NCBI GenBank assembly: GCA_934293375.1
Contig: CAKQYS010000003.1
Coordinates: 70,441-134,440, forward strand
Direction: 5' to 3'
Origin: an uncultured Lachnospiraceae bacterium
GTDB taxonomy: Bacteria; Bacillota; Clostridia; Lachnospirales; Lachnospiraceae
Length of the DNA stretch: 64,000 bases
The notes below the pieces were generated by a model. That model worked only from the letters and a program-made list of their open reading frames with translations, searched no databases and was not told where the DNA came from. This document shows positions 1 through 10,401 of the stretch, in pieces; position 1 is the stretch's first letter; the number at the start of each line of letters is the position of its first letter. Both the position numbers and the translations under genes were made by a program.

Positions 1-1
1 G

Positions 2-220
2 GATGCTCTGCTGGCAAAGGAACTGTCTGCGCATATCAATTATTTTTTGGAGAAGCTTACGCAGGGGGATCGGATCTTATTTGTACGGCGGTATTGGTTT
101 GGGGATTCGGTGAAGGACATTGCAGCGATGCAGCAGATGTCAGGAAATCATGTGACGGTCAGGTTGCACCGTATTAGGAAACGGTTGAAGAAATATCTGG
201 AAATGGAGGGGCTGTTATGA
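2..220 (+). CDS. Sigma-70/ECF-type sigma factor, C-terminal fragment (5' end outside window)
   Basis: The frame is open from the window edge to TGA 218-220. The translation ...RILFVRRYWFGDSVKDIAAMQQMSGNHVTVRLHRIRKRLKKYL looks like a region-4 HTH. The stop overlaps the next start (ATGA). Confidence 0.6.
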   Translation, partial: DALLAKELSAHINYFLEKLTQGDRILFVRRYWFGDSVKDIAAMQQMSGNHVTVRLHRIRKRLKKYLEMEGLL

Positions 221-963
221 ATCGGAATATCACAGAGCAGATCGTATCGGGAATCAGAACAGAATATGTGGAGGAGGCAATCAGGAGTATGGATCGGGAG
301 AATGGCAATCAGGAAAAAAAGAAAAACAGAATCAGAAGGCTGCGGACGATGGCAGCCTGTATCGCTCTCATTTGCGTTGTGGGCGCAGGGGTCATGCTCC
401 TGCATGCACGACAGGGAGAAAATGCTGTCAGACAGCCCCTATCGGTATCGGCAGCAGAGCTAGGGGAGGCGGAAATGCCGTTTGGAGCAACGATGCCGTC
501 TATCATTTATGCAAAGGGCAATCTGGTCATCATGTATGATTATATCGGGATCTGGACATACGATCTGCAGGCGCAGAAGCTGACCGGATTCTGCGACTTC
601 AGGCCGATCAATATGACGCAGATACAGGGGGATCCGTGTGTGTTTGTAGAGGCAACGAAGGATGGCAGATATGTGATGTTCTATATGAATGATGATTCTG
701 TGAAATATCTGTATGATGTAAAAAAAAATGAGTACAAAAAGGTAGATGCTTATCATGAAAAGATGTCGGAACTTTCCCAGCTTACAGATGTCACACAAGA
801 GCATCGGCTGACAGATTACGCAGAAACTTATATGATGGACGATGGGCGGTATATCTCCTATGATCTGGATTTCTCCGAGAGCGGAGAGGTGCTCAAATAT
901 CGTGCATTGCAGCTTGTGGTGGAACAGGATGGCAAAACGATGCGGTATCCGGTCTTTCAATAA
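217..963 (+). CDS. Single-pass membrane protein, putative anti-sigma partner (by position only)
   Basis: 248-aa ORF translationally coupled to the sigma fragment. It has one TM segment (MAACIALICVVGAGVMLL) followed by an extracytoplasmic domain of about 170 aa. No zf-HC2 motif is visible. Confidence 0.6.
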   Translation: MNRNITEQIVSGIRTEYVEEAIRSMDRENGNQEKKKNRIRRLRTMAACIALICVVGAGVMLLHARQGENAVRQPLSVSAAELGEAEMPFGATMPSIIYAKGNLVIMYDYIGIWTYDLQAQKLTGFCDFRPINMTQIQGDPCVFVEATKDGRYVMFYMNDDSVKYLYDVKKNEYKKVDAYHEKMSELSQLTDVTQEHRLTDYAETYMMDDGRYISYDLDFSESGEVLKYRALQLVVEQDGKTMRYPVFQ

Positions 964-968
964 AAGAA

Positions 969-2423
969 TTACTTTTGAAAGCTTTCAGTAGGTGTTGCCG
1001 GATAGAGTGAAGGGTCAAAATCATAATATTCCGGACGGCCGACAGAAGGACCATAGGCTGCTACTTCTGCATCTGTTTTCAGGAAACAGCGGAAGTGACC
1101 GCTGTTCGGGCTGGCATCAAAATGATACCAGCCATTCCTGATATATACCAGATTCCAGAAATGGGTATCGCCAATCCGTTTGATATCCATATTCTGAATA
1201 CCGGCATGTGTAAGCAGTGCCTTGGAGGCGGCAAAATAGGTAAAGCAGTCGCCTTGTTTTTTTGTAAATCCCTGATATGCTCCCTGTACCCAGTCGGATT
1301 TGTCAGAATGTCCGATGTAGGTAATGGTGCGGTGAACATAGTTGTAGATGGCTTCTGCCTGTTCTACCTGGGTCATATCATTTGTCAGAATTCCGGACAG
1401 GATATCTTCACACAATTCATCTACTTCTTCGGTGTAGTCAGAAACTTCCACTACTGTGATAGTTATAGATTTCTTTGTTTCATTTCCGGATGGATCTGTG
1501 GCAATATAGATTGCCTCATATTCTCCCGGAGTATTGAGTTTCACTTTAGAGTTGTCAACAGAGATCGTGACTTCTCCATCAGAATTATCGGTTGCGGATA
1601 CACCCTGCTTGTAGGCGAGAGTTTCTCCCACTGTGATCTGCCGGTCACGGACACCTTGAAGCACCGGTGGTGTTGTGTCTCTTTTGACCGTAAGCAGGGC
1701 ATTGGCATCCGTTGTATTGCCGGAGGCATCTGTGCAGTGAATGGTGATTTCCTGTTCCCCTGCTGTTGTGCAGTCGGGTTCTGTTTCATATGCATATGTG
1801 ACTGTAGAAGCATCCCTGCAATATGCAATAAAATCAGATACAGAAATAGAGTCATACGGCCAGATTGTATAATTTTTGGTAACGATCTGAGGGGGTGTGG
1901 TATCTGTGACATGGAGTGTAGATGTGAAATGGATACCATCACAGAGCAGTGTAATGTTGTAGTTCCCGACCTTTGCAGTATCAAGGACTTGGCTGTAATC
2001 GTCCAATGTAACATCAATTTCAGATGCACTGTCAGGATCGGACAGGAACAGAGAAGGCGTGAGATGTCTTGTCGTTTCCGATGCTTCTAATGTGAGTTCG
2101 TCAACGACGGGTGTAATATGTAACAGAGATGCAACGGTTGTGGTGTTTCCATAACAGTCTGTCAAAAGAATGGAAATATTCTGGGTGCCTATTTTTTTGA
2201 AATCAGGATCGGACACAAATGTAGCTTCAATGGGTGTATTTCCTGAGATATCAGAGACACATTTCTCCGGTGCAACCGTTACACCATAGGAACTGTCGAC
2301 ATTTAATGCATATGCGACAGGAGGTGTGTGGTGCTGTTGGTAGATCCGGAATGCGGCAGTGCCTGCCAGACAGATCAATAGAATTATGAATATACTCAGT
2401 ACGATTTTTTTCATCATTTGCAC
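969..2423 (-). CDS. Membrane-anchored surface protein with Ig-like repeats and a C-terminal transglutaminase-like core
   Basis: 484-aa ORF with an N-terminal anchor (IVLSIFIILLICLAGTAAF) and repeated T/D-rich beta-type modules. The C-terminus has a Cys-His-Asp pattern: GDCFTY ... THFWNLV ... WYHFDAS. Confidence 0.7.
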   Translation of the reverse strand: MQMMKKIVLSIFIILLICLAGTAAFRIYQQHHTPPVAYALNVDSSYGVTVAPEKCVSDISGNTPIEATFVSDPDFKKIGTQNISILLTDCYGNTTTVASLLHITPVVDELTLEASETTRHLTPSLFLSDPDSASEIDVTLDDYSQVLDTAKVGNYNITLLCDGIHFTSTLHVTDTTPPQIVTKNYTIWPYDSISVSDFIAYCRDASTVTYAYETEPDCTTAGEQEITIHCTDASGNTTDANALLTVKRDTTPPVLQGVRDRQITVGETLAYKQGVSATDNSDGEVTISVDNSKVKLNTPGEYEAIYIATDPSGNETKKSITITVVEVSDYTEEVDELCEDILSGILTNDMTQVEQAEAIYNYVHRTITYIGHSDKSDWVQGAYQGFTKKQGDCFTYFAASKALLTHAGIQNMDIKRIGDTHFWNLVYIRNGWYHFDASPNSGHFRCFLKTDAEVAAYGPSVGRPEYYDFDPSLYPATPTESFQK

Positions 2424-2492
2424 ATCCTTTATATCAATACGGACTTAGCGTACACTGTAAGGATGTGATTTGTCAATGGAAAAGGTAAGATG

Positions 2493-2521
2493 TTGTATTT
2501 TTGGGTTGGATTTCGTATAAT
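2493..2521 (+). promoter_or_regulatory. Putative sigma-A promoter of the SDR gene
   Basis: TTGTAT - 17 nt - TATAAT, about 50 nt upstream of ATG 2571. Confidence 0.5.
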
Positions 2522-2570
2522 AGAAATATCGGAAACCGGTATGAACCGGATATATAAGGAGGTTTTTGCA

Positions 2571-3371
2571 ATGGGATTTTTAGAGGGTAAGGTAGCAATC
2601 ATCACAGGCGGCGGTCGTGCCGTATTGGCAGATGGAGGATGTGGTTCGATCGGATATGGGATCGCCACGGCATATGCCAAGGAGGGTGCGAATCTGGTGA
2701 TCACAGGCCGTAATGAGAAGAAGCTGGCAGATGCCAAGGAAGAATTAGAGCGTCTGTATGGGATCAAGGTGCTGGCAGTTGCCGCTGATGTATCTGCGGA
2801 TGCAGACAATGAGGCGGTTGTCGGCAATGTCGTAAAGCAGGCGATCGATACCTTTGGTCATATTGATGTGCTGATCAACAATGCACAGGCATCTGCGTCC
2901 GGTGTGACGCTGGCAGATCATACAACCGAGCAGTTTCATCTTGCTATGTATTCCGGATTGTATGCTGCATTTTATTATATGAAAGCATGTTATCCGTATC
3001 TGAAGGAGAGCAAGGGATCTGTGATCAATTTTGCATCCGGGGCAGGTTTGTTCGGAAACTATGGACAGTGTGCGTATGCCGCTGCCAAGGAAGGCATCAG
3101 AGGATTAAGCCGTGTGGCTGCCACAGAGTGGGCGAAGGACGGTATCAATGTGAATATTGTCTGTCCGTTAGCATGGACATCACAGCTTGAGCAGTTTCAG
3201 AATGCGTATCCGGATGCGTTTGAGAAGAATGTGCATGTACCACCGATGGGACATTTTGCGGATGCGGAGAAGGAGATCGGTCGTGCCTGCGTACAGCTTG
3301 CTTCACCGGATTTCAAGTATATGTCAGGTGAGACAATAACACTTGAGGGAGCCATGGGACAGAGACCATAA
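2571..3371 (+). CDS. Short-chain dehydrogenase/reductase (SDR) family oxidoreductase
   Basis: AAGGAGG lies upstream of ATG 2571. The protein has a Gly-rich dinucleotide motif (IITGGGRAV...GSIGYG) and a catalytic YAAAK. Confidence 0.85.
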   Translation: MGFLEGKVAIITGGGRAVLADGGCGSIGYGIATAYAKEGANLVITGRNEKKLADAKEELERLYGIKVLAVAADVSADADNEAVVGNVVKQAIDTFGHIDVLINNAQASASGVTLADHTTEQFHLAMYSGLYAAFYYMKACYPYLKESKGSVINFASGAGLFGNYGQCAYAAAKEGIRGLSRVAATEWAKDGINVNIVCPLAWTSQLEQFQNAYPDAFEKNVHVPPMGHFADAEKEIGRACVQLASPDFKYMSGETITLEGAMGQRP

Positions 3372-3413
3372 TAGACCGGTTCCCATCATAGACCAGACCC
3401 AGGGAGGACAGTT

Positions 3414-5357
3414 ATGAAGGATTTACTGCGGGTGGCGGCTGCCACACCAAAGGTGCATATAGGCAATGTAATGGCAAATGTGACGGAGATCAGTGCGGTT
3501 TATGAGGCACATGCAGATACGGTGGATATGATCGTGACACCGGAGCTGTCGTTGACAGGCTATACCTGTGCAGATCTGTTTGAGAACAGACAGCTCATTG
3601 AGCAGGCGAAGAAGGGCCTGCTTGCACTAGCGGAACTGACAGGAAAATGGGGTGAGCAGGGTGCGGCCCTGCTTGCAGGCCTGCCGTTTGAACTGGATGG
3701 TCGGTTGTATAATTGTGCTGCATTTATCCATGCAGGCAGGGTGGCTGCACTCGTGCCGAAGCTGTATTTGCCGAATTACGGGGAGTTTTACGAGAAACGC
3801 TGGTTTTCTTCCGGCAGTGGTTATCAGGAGATTTCGCTGGATGAGACACATACCTGCGGCTTTGGGACGGAGCAGATCGTGGTGCTTGGAAGCGGATCGG
3901 AAGCGGTGAAGATCGGAATTGAGATCTGCGAGGATGCGTGGACTCCGATTTCGCCGGGCAGACTGGCAGCACTGCAGGGAGCAGAGGTGATCTGCAACCT
4001 TTCTGCATCCAATGAGGTGATCGGGAAGGCACAGTACAGACGGACGCTGGCATCGGCGATGTCATCAGGCTGTCTGTGTGGTTATGTCTATGTATCTGCA
4101 GGCATGTATGAATCCACCTCGGATCTGGTGTTCAGTGGTCATAATCTGATCTATGAGAACGGAAGACTGTTAGGCGAGCGGGAGCCATTTGCCGATGGCA
4201 TCCTGATCCGGGATCTGAATCTGACAAAGATCCGTCATGACCGGATCGCGAACAAGTCTTTTGCAGACTGCAAGGAACGGATGATGGGTGCCCCATATAA
4301 GAAGGTATGGTGCCATAAGGATTTTGTAGAGAAGCAGGAGCTGATGGCGAAGCTGTCCATGACACCATTTGTGCCATCTAAGAATCTGTTGGAGCGGTGT
4401 TTGTCCATCTTCCGGATGCAGGTGGCAGGGCTGCAGCGGCGTATGGAAGCGACCGGGTGCAAATGTATCGTGGTCGGGGTATCCGGTGGACTGGATTCCA
4501 CACTGGCCCTTCTGGTGTCAGCACAGGCGGTCCGGAATCTGGGACTCCCTGCGAAGACACTGGTGGGAATCACGATGCCGGGCTTCGGTACGACAGGACG
4601 CACGAAGAATAATTCCATAACGCTGATGGAATATTTGGGCTGTGATATCCGGGAGATCCCAATCGTGGATTCTGTGCGACAGCATTTTACGGATATTGGG
4701 CATGATGAGGCTGTGCATGATATCACATATGAGAATTGTCAGGCGAGAGAGCGGACACAGATTCTGATGGATGTTGCGAATAAGGAAGGCGGGTTTGTGA
4801 TCGGCACCGGCGATTTGTCGGAGCTGGCACTTGGCTGGTGTACCTACAATGGCGATCATATGAGTATGTATGCCGTGAACACCAGTATTCCGAAGACACT
4901 CGTGCGTACATTGGTGGATCAGGTCGGACACTATATGAGTGCCAATGGATTTGCCGGTATTGAGGCGGTGGTCGAGGATATTATGGATACTCCTGTCAGT
5001 CCGGAGCTTCTGCCGCCGAATCCGGATGGTACGATCGCACAAAAGACAGAGGATACGGTCGGATCGTATATCCTGCATGATTTCTTTTTGTATTATACAC
5101 TGCGATACGGTATGACACCGGAACAGATCTTCTGGCTGTGTCAGAATGCCGTGAAGCAGGATCCTGCGTACACATTTTCGGATACGCAGATCCGGCATTG
5201 GATGAATGTATTCTATACGAGATTCTTCCGCCAGCAGTTCAAGCGGAACTGTATGCCGGATGGTGTCAAGGTCGGAACGGTTTCCGTCAGTCCGAGAGGC
5301 GATCTGAGACTACCGTCTGAGATTGAATTTGCGGAATTTTTACGGGAAGAGGACTAG
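3414..5357 (+). CDS. nadE: Glutamine-dependent NAD+ synthetase
   Basis: 647 aa. The N-terminal half resembles a CN-hydrolase (EICEDAW). The C-terminal half carries the N-type ATP-pyrophosphatase P-loop (GVSGGLDS). Confidence 0.9.
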   Translation: MKDLLRVAAATPKVHIGNVMANVTEISAVYEAHADTVDMIVTPELSLTGYTCADLFENRQLIEQAKKGLLALAELTGKWGEQGAALLAGLPFELDGRLYNCAAFIHAGRVAALVPKLYLPNYGEFYEKRWFSSGSGYQEISLDETHTCGFGTEQIVVLGSGSEAVKIGIEICEDAWTPISPGRLAALQGAEVICNLSASNEVIGKAQYRRTLASAMSSGCLCGYVYVSAGMYESTSDLVFSGHNLIYENGRLLGEREPFADGILIRDLNLTKIRHDRIANKSFADCKERMMGAPYKKVWCHKDFVEKQELMAKLSMTPFVPSKNLLERCLSIFRMQVAGLQRRMEATGCKCIVVGVSGGLDSTLALLVSAQAVRNLGLPAKTLVGITMPGFGTTGRTKNNSITLMEYLGCDIREIPIVDSVRQHFTDIGHDEAVHDITYENCQARERTQILMDVANKEGGFVIGTGDLSELALGWCTYNGDHMSMYAVNTSIPKTLVRTLVDQVGHYMSANGFAGIEAVVEDIMDTPVSPELLPPNPDGTIAQKTEDTVGSYILHDFFLYYTLRYGMTPEQIFWLCQNAVKQDPAYTFSDTQIRHWMNVFYTRFFRQQFKRNCMPDGVKVGTVSVSPRGDLRLPSEIEFAEFLREED

Positions 5358-5358
5358 C

Positions 5359-6168
5359 ATGAAGCGCAAGAAATACTATAAGATACTTGAACGATTAAAT
5401 GTGCTGAATTATGATGATGGGATTGAGTTTACGCTGTCATCCAGACTGGACCGGATCGCAGCGATCCTGTCCTCATCAGACTACAGCAGAGTGAATTCCA
5501 AGGGTTTGTTTCATTTGTACAGCCGCAAGCCGTTATCGATGATGAGTGGACCGGTTGTGGTATTGTCGACGCATGTGGACTGCGAGAAGAAGATTACGCA
5601 GTGCTTTTCCGAAATGCAGGATGGAGGTCTGCTGCGTGGTACCTACGACAACTCCATCACAAATGCGGCAGTCGTATGTCTGATGCTGGAGGGTGGACTG
5701 GCAGATCATGTGGTAGTGGCATTTACCGGCAACGAGGAGGTGTCCTCGATCGGAGCCCTGCAGCTGTCAGAATATTTGCGGAAATTTACGAATGATGTGG
5801 CTGTGATCGTATTGGATGTCAGCTATGAGGGATATCAGGAACAGGCAGATTATACGATTGAGAATCATTATTGGACGGATGCGATGGGACGCGTGGTGAC
5901 GGAGATCATGCGGCAGAGCGGATATGCATGGAGCTTCGTGCCGCAGGATCTATCGGATATCCCCGCATATATTCCGGCTGCCTGCGTCATACAGCGCAGC
6001 GCTGAGGCGGATGAAGCCAGAGATTACAAGGCATTTTTTCCGTGCTTCAGCTTCTGTCTGCCGGTTGGTGATGGGGAGATGCATGATAACCGCGGCGTCA
6101 CTGCCAGACAGGCAGGCTACCTGCACTATATGGAGACACTCCAGCGGTTAGCGAATACGATCATATAA
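5359..6168 (+). CDS. Hypothetical protein, possibly an aminopeptidase-like (M20/M28/M42-type) fold
   Basis: ATG lies 2 nt after the nadE stop. Segments LSTHVDC, YDNSITNAA and FTGNEEVSSIGA resemble metal-ligand regions. The functional assignment is weak. Confidence 0.5.
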   Translation: MKRKKYYKILERLNVLNYDDGIEFTLSSRLDRIAAILSSSDYSRVNSKGLFHLYSRKPLSMMSGPVVVLSTHVDCEKKITQCFSEMQDGGLLRGTYDNSITNAAVVCLMLEGGLADHVVVAFTGNEEVSSIGALQLSEYLRKFTNDVAVIVLDVSYEGYQEQADYTIENHYWTDAMGRVVTEIMRQSGYAWSFVPQDLSDIPAYIPAACVIQRSAEADEARDYKAFFPCFSFCLPVGDGEMHDNRGVTARQAGYLHYMETLQRLANTII

Positions 6169-6475
6169 AATGCATGATCTGCTCTACGATCAATACGGCA
6201 AGACACGCTTCCAGGGCTACGATCAGCAGACTGCGTTCCCTGTAGGCAGCGATCAGTGCGACTGCGAAGCCGGCGACGGCTGAGAGCAATGTGGCAGTAG
6301 AAGACAGGATTGCCGGAAATGTCATGGCTGCCAGACACGCATATGGCACATAATACAAAAAGGATTTGATGAATGGGTTCGTGATCTCCTTCTTTGAGAG
6401 TGCAAGCGGAAGCATACGGATCAGGTAGGTAACGCCTGCCATGATGATAATATAGAGATAAATATCAGGCTTCAT
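6161..6475 (-). CDS. azlD: Branched-chain amino acid transport protein AzlD family
   Basis: Small hydrophobic protein directly downstream of azlC. AAGGAGG lies 9 nt upstream of the ATG at 6475 (minus strand). Confidence 0.75.
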   Translation of the reverse strand: MKPDIYLYIIIMAGVTYLIRMLPLALSKKEITNPFIKSFLYYVPYACLAAMTFPAILSSTATLLSAVAGFAVALIAAYRERSLLIVALEACLAVLIVEQIMHFI

Positions 6476-7199
6476 TGGATGCTTCCTCCTTTCCTTCATT
6501 TGCAATCGGTTTTAACCATGCGGCGATGCCGGCTACGAGAATCGTTGTGATAATAATGACAAATCCGGATGATATCTGTTTGCATCCCGGTACAACAGCA
6601 AAGAAACCACGCATCAGCATGGCACCGACGACAACACAGAGTACGGCGGTGTCTTTTTTTGCCGGTGGGATAATGATAGCGAGAAACATGCCGTAGATGG
6701 CGATGCCGAGTGCACTCATAATAAAGGCCGGCAAAATATTGCCAAACACAGCACCGATCAGCGTACCGAATACCCATCCGGGGATTGCGACAGCCATGAT
6801 TCCGTAGTGATAGGCTGGTGGCAGGAATCCGCTCCGGCTAGCTCCGAGGGCGAAGATCTCGTCTGTCACACCATATGCCATCAGATAGCGGTGATAATTT
6901 GGGGTTCCCGGCTTCAGCTTCTGTGCCAGAGAAAACGACATCAGGCAGTAGCGCAGATTGATAATGAGCTGTGTCAATGCAATCTCAATATAGCTGCCAC
7001 CGCTGATGATGATCGTCAGCCCTGCAAACTGTCCGGCAGAGGTGACATTGGTCAGCGAGATCAGTACCGCCTGCAGAATACTGAGTCCACCTGTGATGGA
7101 CGCAATCCCAAATGTAAAGGATACGGCGAAGTAACCGAGTGCAACCGGAATGCCATCGGTGATACCGTTTTTGAATTCTTTAGAATGTGCCTGCTTCAT
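6465..7199 (-). CDS. azlC: AzlC family branched-chain amino acid permease component
   Basis: 244-aa polytopic membrane protein whose 3' end overlaps the azlD start. Pairing and size are typical of AzlC/AzlD. Confidence 0.8.
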   Translation of the reverse strand: MKQAHSKEFKNGITDGIPVALGYFAVSFTFGIASITGGLSILQAVLISLTNVTSAGQFAGLTIIISGGSYIEIALTQLIINLRYCLMSFSLAQKLKPGTPNYHRYLMAYGVTDEIFALGASRSGFLPPAYHYGIMAVAIPGWVFGTLIGAVFGNILPAFIMSALGIAIYGMFLAIIIPPAKKDTAVLCVVVGAMLMRGFFAVVPGCKQISSGFVIIITTILVAGIAAWLKPIANEGKEEASNEA

Positions 7200-7315
7200 T
7201 TCTTATGTATACTCCAATCTGATTCATACTTCCATATAGACGATGTTTCGTTACAGCCTGCAGTCTGATATTATAGCACAAAAGACTTAATAAAATAAAG
7301 TGGCAAACGAAATTG

Positions 7316-8152
7316 TTACTCAGATGTGGATGTCGGACGATAAGGGATCAAGGTATACATGTAGCAGTCAGAACCGTCTGACAGTTGATATGCATAGTAT
7401 ACAGCACCATCCATTATGTTCATTTCATAATATTTTTTTGCATCGGACAGACTCCTTACATTGGAGCTGTCAACGATCCATAACACAGAATCTTTTAATT
7501 CTAAATTAGAATATGGCAATGAAATCTGCGGATACATTGGTATATTTTCTCTGGTCAGATCTGCCGTTAGTGTAAATGAATTTTGTGTAAAAGGATTCGA
7601 TAAAGCATAGGCAAGATTTTTTACAGTGCCCGGTACATTGGTTGCCGCACAAAAGATTGTACCATCCTCAGTCATCCAGATGCTATGGGTTTGTGCAGTG
7701 CCATAAAGTACCAGATCAAATTTCCAATAATAAACAGAATATGTATGGAAACTGTTATCGGTCGCTTTATAGAGTGTGGCAGTCCAGTCATAGCGTTTTT
7801 TCAGATCTGTGGCAACCGAACAAGGATAGCCGCCTGCCTGATACAGAGTTTCTATGGACTCCCGGGCAGTCGTCAGTGCTTCGTAAGGAGATTGACGGGC
7901 TTCGGAAACATCTGCTTGCGTAATGGTACTGTCCCATAGATTACAGATCAGTTTTAGTTGTTCATAGGTTGACAGCCGGGAAGACGCATTTCTGGACATG
8001 ATCGGTGTAATCTCGTAATTATAAGAGATCGTAGTCGCAGTTTTTGATGTGTAATACTTCCCTGTCTGGTTATTTATGAGAATACCGGGTAGAAAAATAC
8101 CGCATAACAGGCTGCATATTGTGACAATTATGATGATAATATTATATTTCAT
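7316..8152 (-). CDS. Membrane-anchored protein of unknown function, co-transcribed with the two-component system
   Basis: 278-aa ORF with an N-terminal TM helix (IIIIIVTICSLLCGIFLPGIL). Its start overlaps the kinase stop (ATGA). Confidence 0.7.
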   Translation of the reverse strand: MKYNIIIIIVTICSLLCGIFLPGILINNQTGKYYTSKTATTISYNYEITPIMSRNASSRLSTYEQLKLICNLWDSTITQADVSEARQSPYEALTTARESIETLYQAGGYPCSVATDLKKRYDWTATLYKATDNSFHTYSVYYWKFDLVLYGTAQTHSIWMTEDGTIFCAATNVPGTVKNLAYALSNPFTQNSFTLTADLTRENIPMYPQISLPYSNLELKDSVLWIVDSSNVRSLSDAKKYYEMNIMDGAVYYAYQLSDGSDCYMYTLIPYRPTSTSE

Positions 8153-9573
8153 GATGCGGACACCTCCTCATAATCCGGGAATGTAATACGCATTTCTGTA
8201 CCTTCATCAGGACGGCTGATAATGGACAGGGCAGCATGATGCCGTGATACGATCAAAGAAACCAGTGACATACCGAGACCTGCACCCCCTGCTTGTCTGG
8301 ATCGGGATTTGTCAACCATATAGAATTCATTACATATTTTTTGGACATCTTCATTGGACATACCAATGCCGTGATCGATCACTTTGCATACATAGGTGCC
8401 GTTGGAGAAGCATTTTCCCTCAAAGTAGATCGTGTCACCCGGTTTGGATGCTTTGCGTGCATTGTCAATCAGATTGATAAAAGCGGTCATTAAAAGCTCC
8501 TTATCTCCATGAATCAGAGCAGGTTCTACATCCAGTCTGAGGCAGAGTCCGGATTCTGTCAGTTTTGGTGATATACTGTCTGCGATTTCTTTATACAAAG
8601 TTACGGTGGCAATGTTCTGCAAGGTGATTTCCACATGGTTCAGATAAATTAAGTCAAAGAGCTTTCTTGATATCGCTTCAAGACGCTTTCCTTCGGAGAA
8701 AATGTAATTGGCAGCAATGATCTGCTTTTCCCGCGGTAGTTCTTTGGATCGGATCATATCCGCATATCCGATGATGGATGTCATAGGTGTTTTGATTTCG
8801 TGGGTGAAATCGGCAACAAATTGTTCTCTGCGTTTTACCATCAAATGCAGTTCGTTCATGTGATCCGATACGGCTGTTGCCATGTAGTTAAATTTGCGTG
8901 CCAACTGGCCGATCTCATCTTTCTGCTTCATCCGGACGCGTACCTGATAATTTCCTTCCGCAAATTCACCGGTAACCTGATTAATATATTCCAGAGGCTT
9001 GGTAATATATTTGCTGATCGCAAAGATGATTGGGATACAAATGCATAACAAAAGTAAGACGATCATGCGGTAAAAGGCAATTTCCTGATCCCGCAGTTCA
9101 AAGGTATCAGAGATATCGGATCTGGTTGTGATATACAGATCCTCGCCGTCCAAATAAGTGAGTGCCGTCACATAGATGAAATAGTGGTCATCTTCTTTGG
9201 AGATGAGATATCGTCTGTTGGAAGGCTGAATCTCTTGATAGAGCGAGGTGTTCAATTCAGTGGTATCGTTGCTGTAGAGCATCTGATCGCGGTATTGGAT
9301 GTAGATTGCGGTGTTGGGGGTTGACATACCTTGAAAGACGAGGTTGCCGATGGATGGAATGAGTTCTTCAGGCAGGCGGATATCTGTACTCTGTGCACTG
9401 ATAAGGTTGTATTCTACAGAAGATAACAGCAGGCTGTTTTCCAGAACTGCATTTTCAATCTGCTTGTCCAGCGTGAGCTGCAGGCTGTTTTTTATTATAA
9501 AATAACCGGCAGTGCCGATGGCAAGACATAACAGTATGGTGTTGGTCAGTAATATTTTATAGCGAAAATGCAT
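8149..9573 (-). CDS. Sensor histidine kinase (HAMP-HisKA-HATPase)
   Basis: H-box FVADFTHEIKTPMTSI, N-box NLIDNARKA and G-boxes DHGIGM / GGAGLGMSL. There are two TM helices around an extracytoplasmic loop. The start is taken at MHFRYK, which has an AGGAGA RBS. Confidence 0.85.
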   Translation of the reverse strand: MHFRYKILLTNTILLCLAIGTAGYFIIKNSLQLTLDKQIENAVLENSLLLSSVEYNLISAQSTDIRLPEELIPSIGNLVFQGMSTPNTAIYIQYRDQMLYSNDTTELNTSLYQEIQPSNRRYLISKEDDHYFIYVTALTYLDGEDLYITTRSDISDTFELRDQEIAFYRMIVLLLLCICIPIIFAISKYITKPLEYINQVTGEFAEGNYQVRVRMKQKDEIGQLARKFNYMATAVSDHMNELHLMVKRREQFVADFTHEIKTPMTSIIGYADMIRSKELPREKQIIAANYIFSEGKRLEAISRKLFDLIYLNHVEITLQNIATVTLYKEIADSISPKLTESGLCLRLDVEPALIHGDKELLMTAFINLIDNARKASKPGDTIYFEGKCFSNGTYVCKVIDHGIGMSNEDVQKICNEFYMVDKSRSRQAGGAGLGMSLVSLIVSRHHAALSIISRPDEGTEMRITFPDYEEVSAS

Positions 9574-9598
9574 TTCATGTTGTCTCCTATTTGTATTG

Positions 9599-10261
9599 TC
9601 ACGAATCTGCGCTGCTGAGCAGGTAGCCGATCCCATATACGGTTCGCAGGTTCTTTTCCAAACCGGTCTTCTTACGCAGGCGTTGGATATGAAGATCCAA
9701 TGTCCGGGTATCTCCGGTATATTCCTGTTCCCATATACATTCGAAGATGCGATCCCGGTACAGGGTAATATTGGGATTGCGAAGAAAAAGTACTAACAGT
9801 TCGTATTCCTTGTGCGTCAGTTCCAATGGAATGCCGGCACGGGTGACAGTATGGTTTTCCGTGTCCACAACGATATCCCGGTAGGAAAGTGTGATATCGG
9901 TCTTATGAAATCTGCGGAGTACAACCTGAATACGAGCCATAAGCTCTACAATCTCAAAGGGTTTTACAATATAGTCTTCTGCACCGGCAGTCAGTCCTTT
10001 GACTCTGTCAGACAGGTCACCCCTGGCAGTGAGAAATATAACAGGGATTTTCATAGGTTTGATGTATTCAAGTAATTCAAAGCCATTGACCTGTGGCAGC
10101 ATGATGTCGAGCAGGATCAGATCAAATGTATGATCCTCAAGAATATCGGCTGCAGCCATACCATCGGACACACATGTACATTGATATCCGGCATCTTCAA
10201 GATTCATGCAGATCAGGTTTGAAATTGGGTGTTCGTCTTCCACGATGAGTATTTGTATCAT
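9599..10261 (-). CDS. OmpR-family response regulator
   Basis: Receiver domain (ILIVEDE ... LLDIMLP ... DYIVKPF) plus a winged-helix output domain (LTHKEYELLVLFL ... RTVYGIGY). Confidence 0.9.
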   Translation of the reverse strand: MIQILIVEDEHPISNLICMNLEDAGYQCTCVSDGMAAADILEDHTFDLILLDIMLPQVNGFELLEYIKPMKIPVIFLTARGDLSDRVKGLTAGAEDYIVKPFEIVELMARIQVVLRRFHKTDITLSYRDIVVDTENHTVTRAGIPLELTHKEYELLVLFLRNPNITLYRDRIFECIWEQEYTGDTRTLDLHIQRLRKKTGLEKNLRTVYGIGYLLSSADS

Positions 10262-10401
10262 AAGGAACTTCCTTCACAGTATTATAAATATCTTTTATAA
10301 CCATAGCATTTGTATGCAGGATTTGCAATTCCAAAATGATACAATTATGAAACATTTTGGGAATAGAATCAATCTCATAACAAAACTGAAGGAGGGGTCA
10401 T

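Noticed and set aside
1095-2090. 331-aa plus-strand ORF opposite the transglutaminase-like gene. The 460-960 minus-strand ORF opposite the anti-sigma-like gene is a similar case.
   Set aside because: The translations are Cys/Ile/Phe-rich with no motifs or RBS. The opposing ORFs have clear domain signatures and start signals.
2490-2570. Upstream ATG 2490 as the start of the SDR gene. Other track starts at 24430, 25131, 35399, 37250, 39703, 40007, 41415, 43552, 50885 and 53417 were considered in the same way.
   Set aside because: In each case an internal ATG/GTG preceded by a Shine-Dalgarno sequence at 5-10 nt gives an N-terminus that fits the family. The longer extension lacks an RBS or uses a weak alternative codon.
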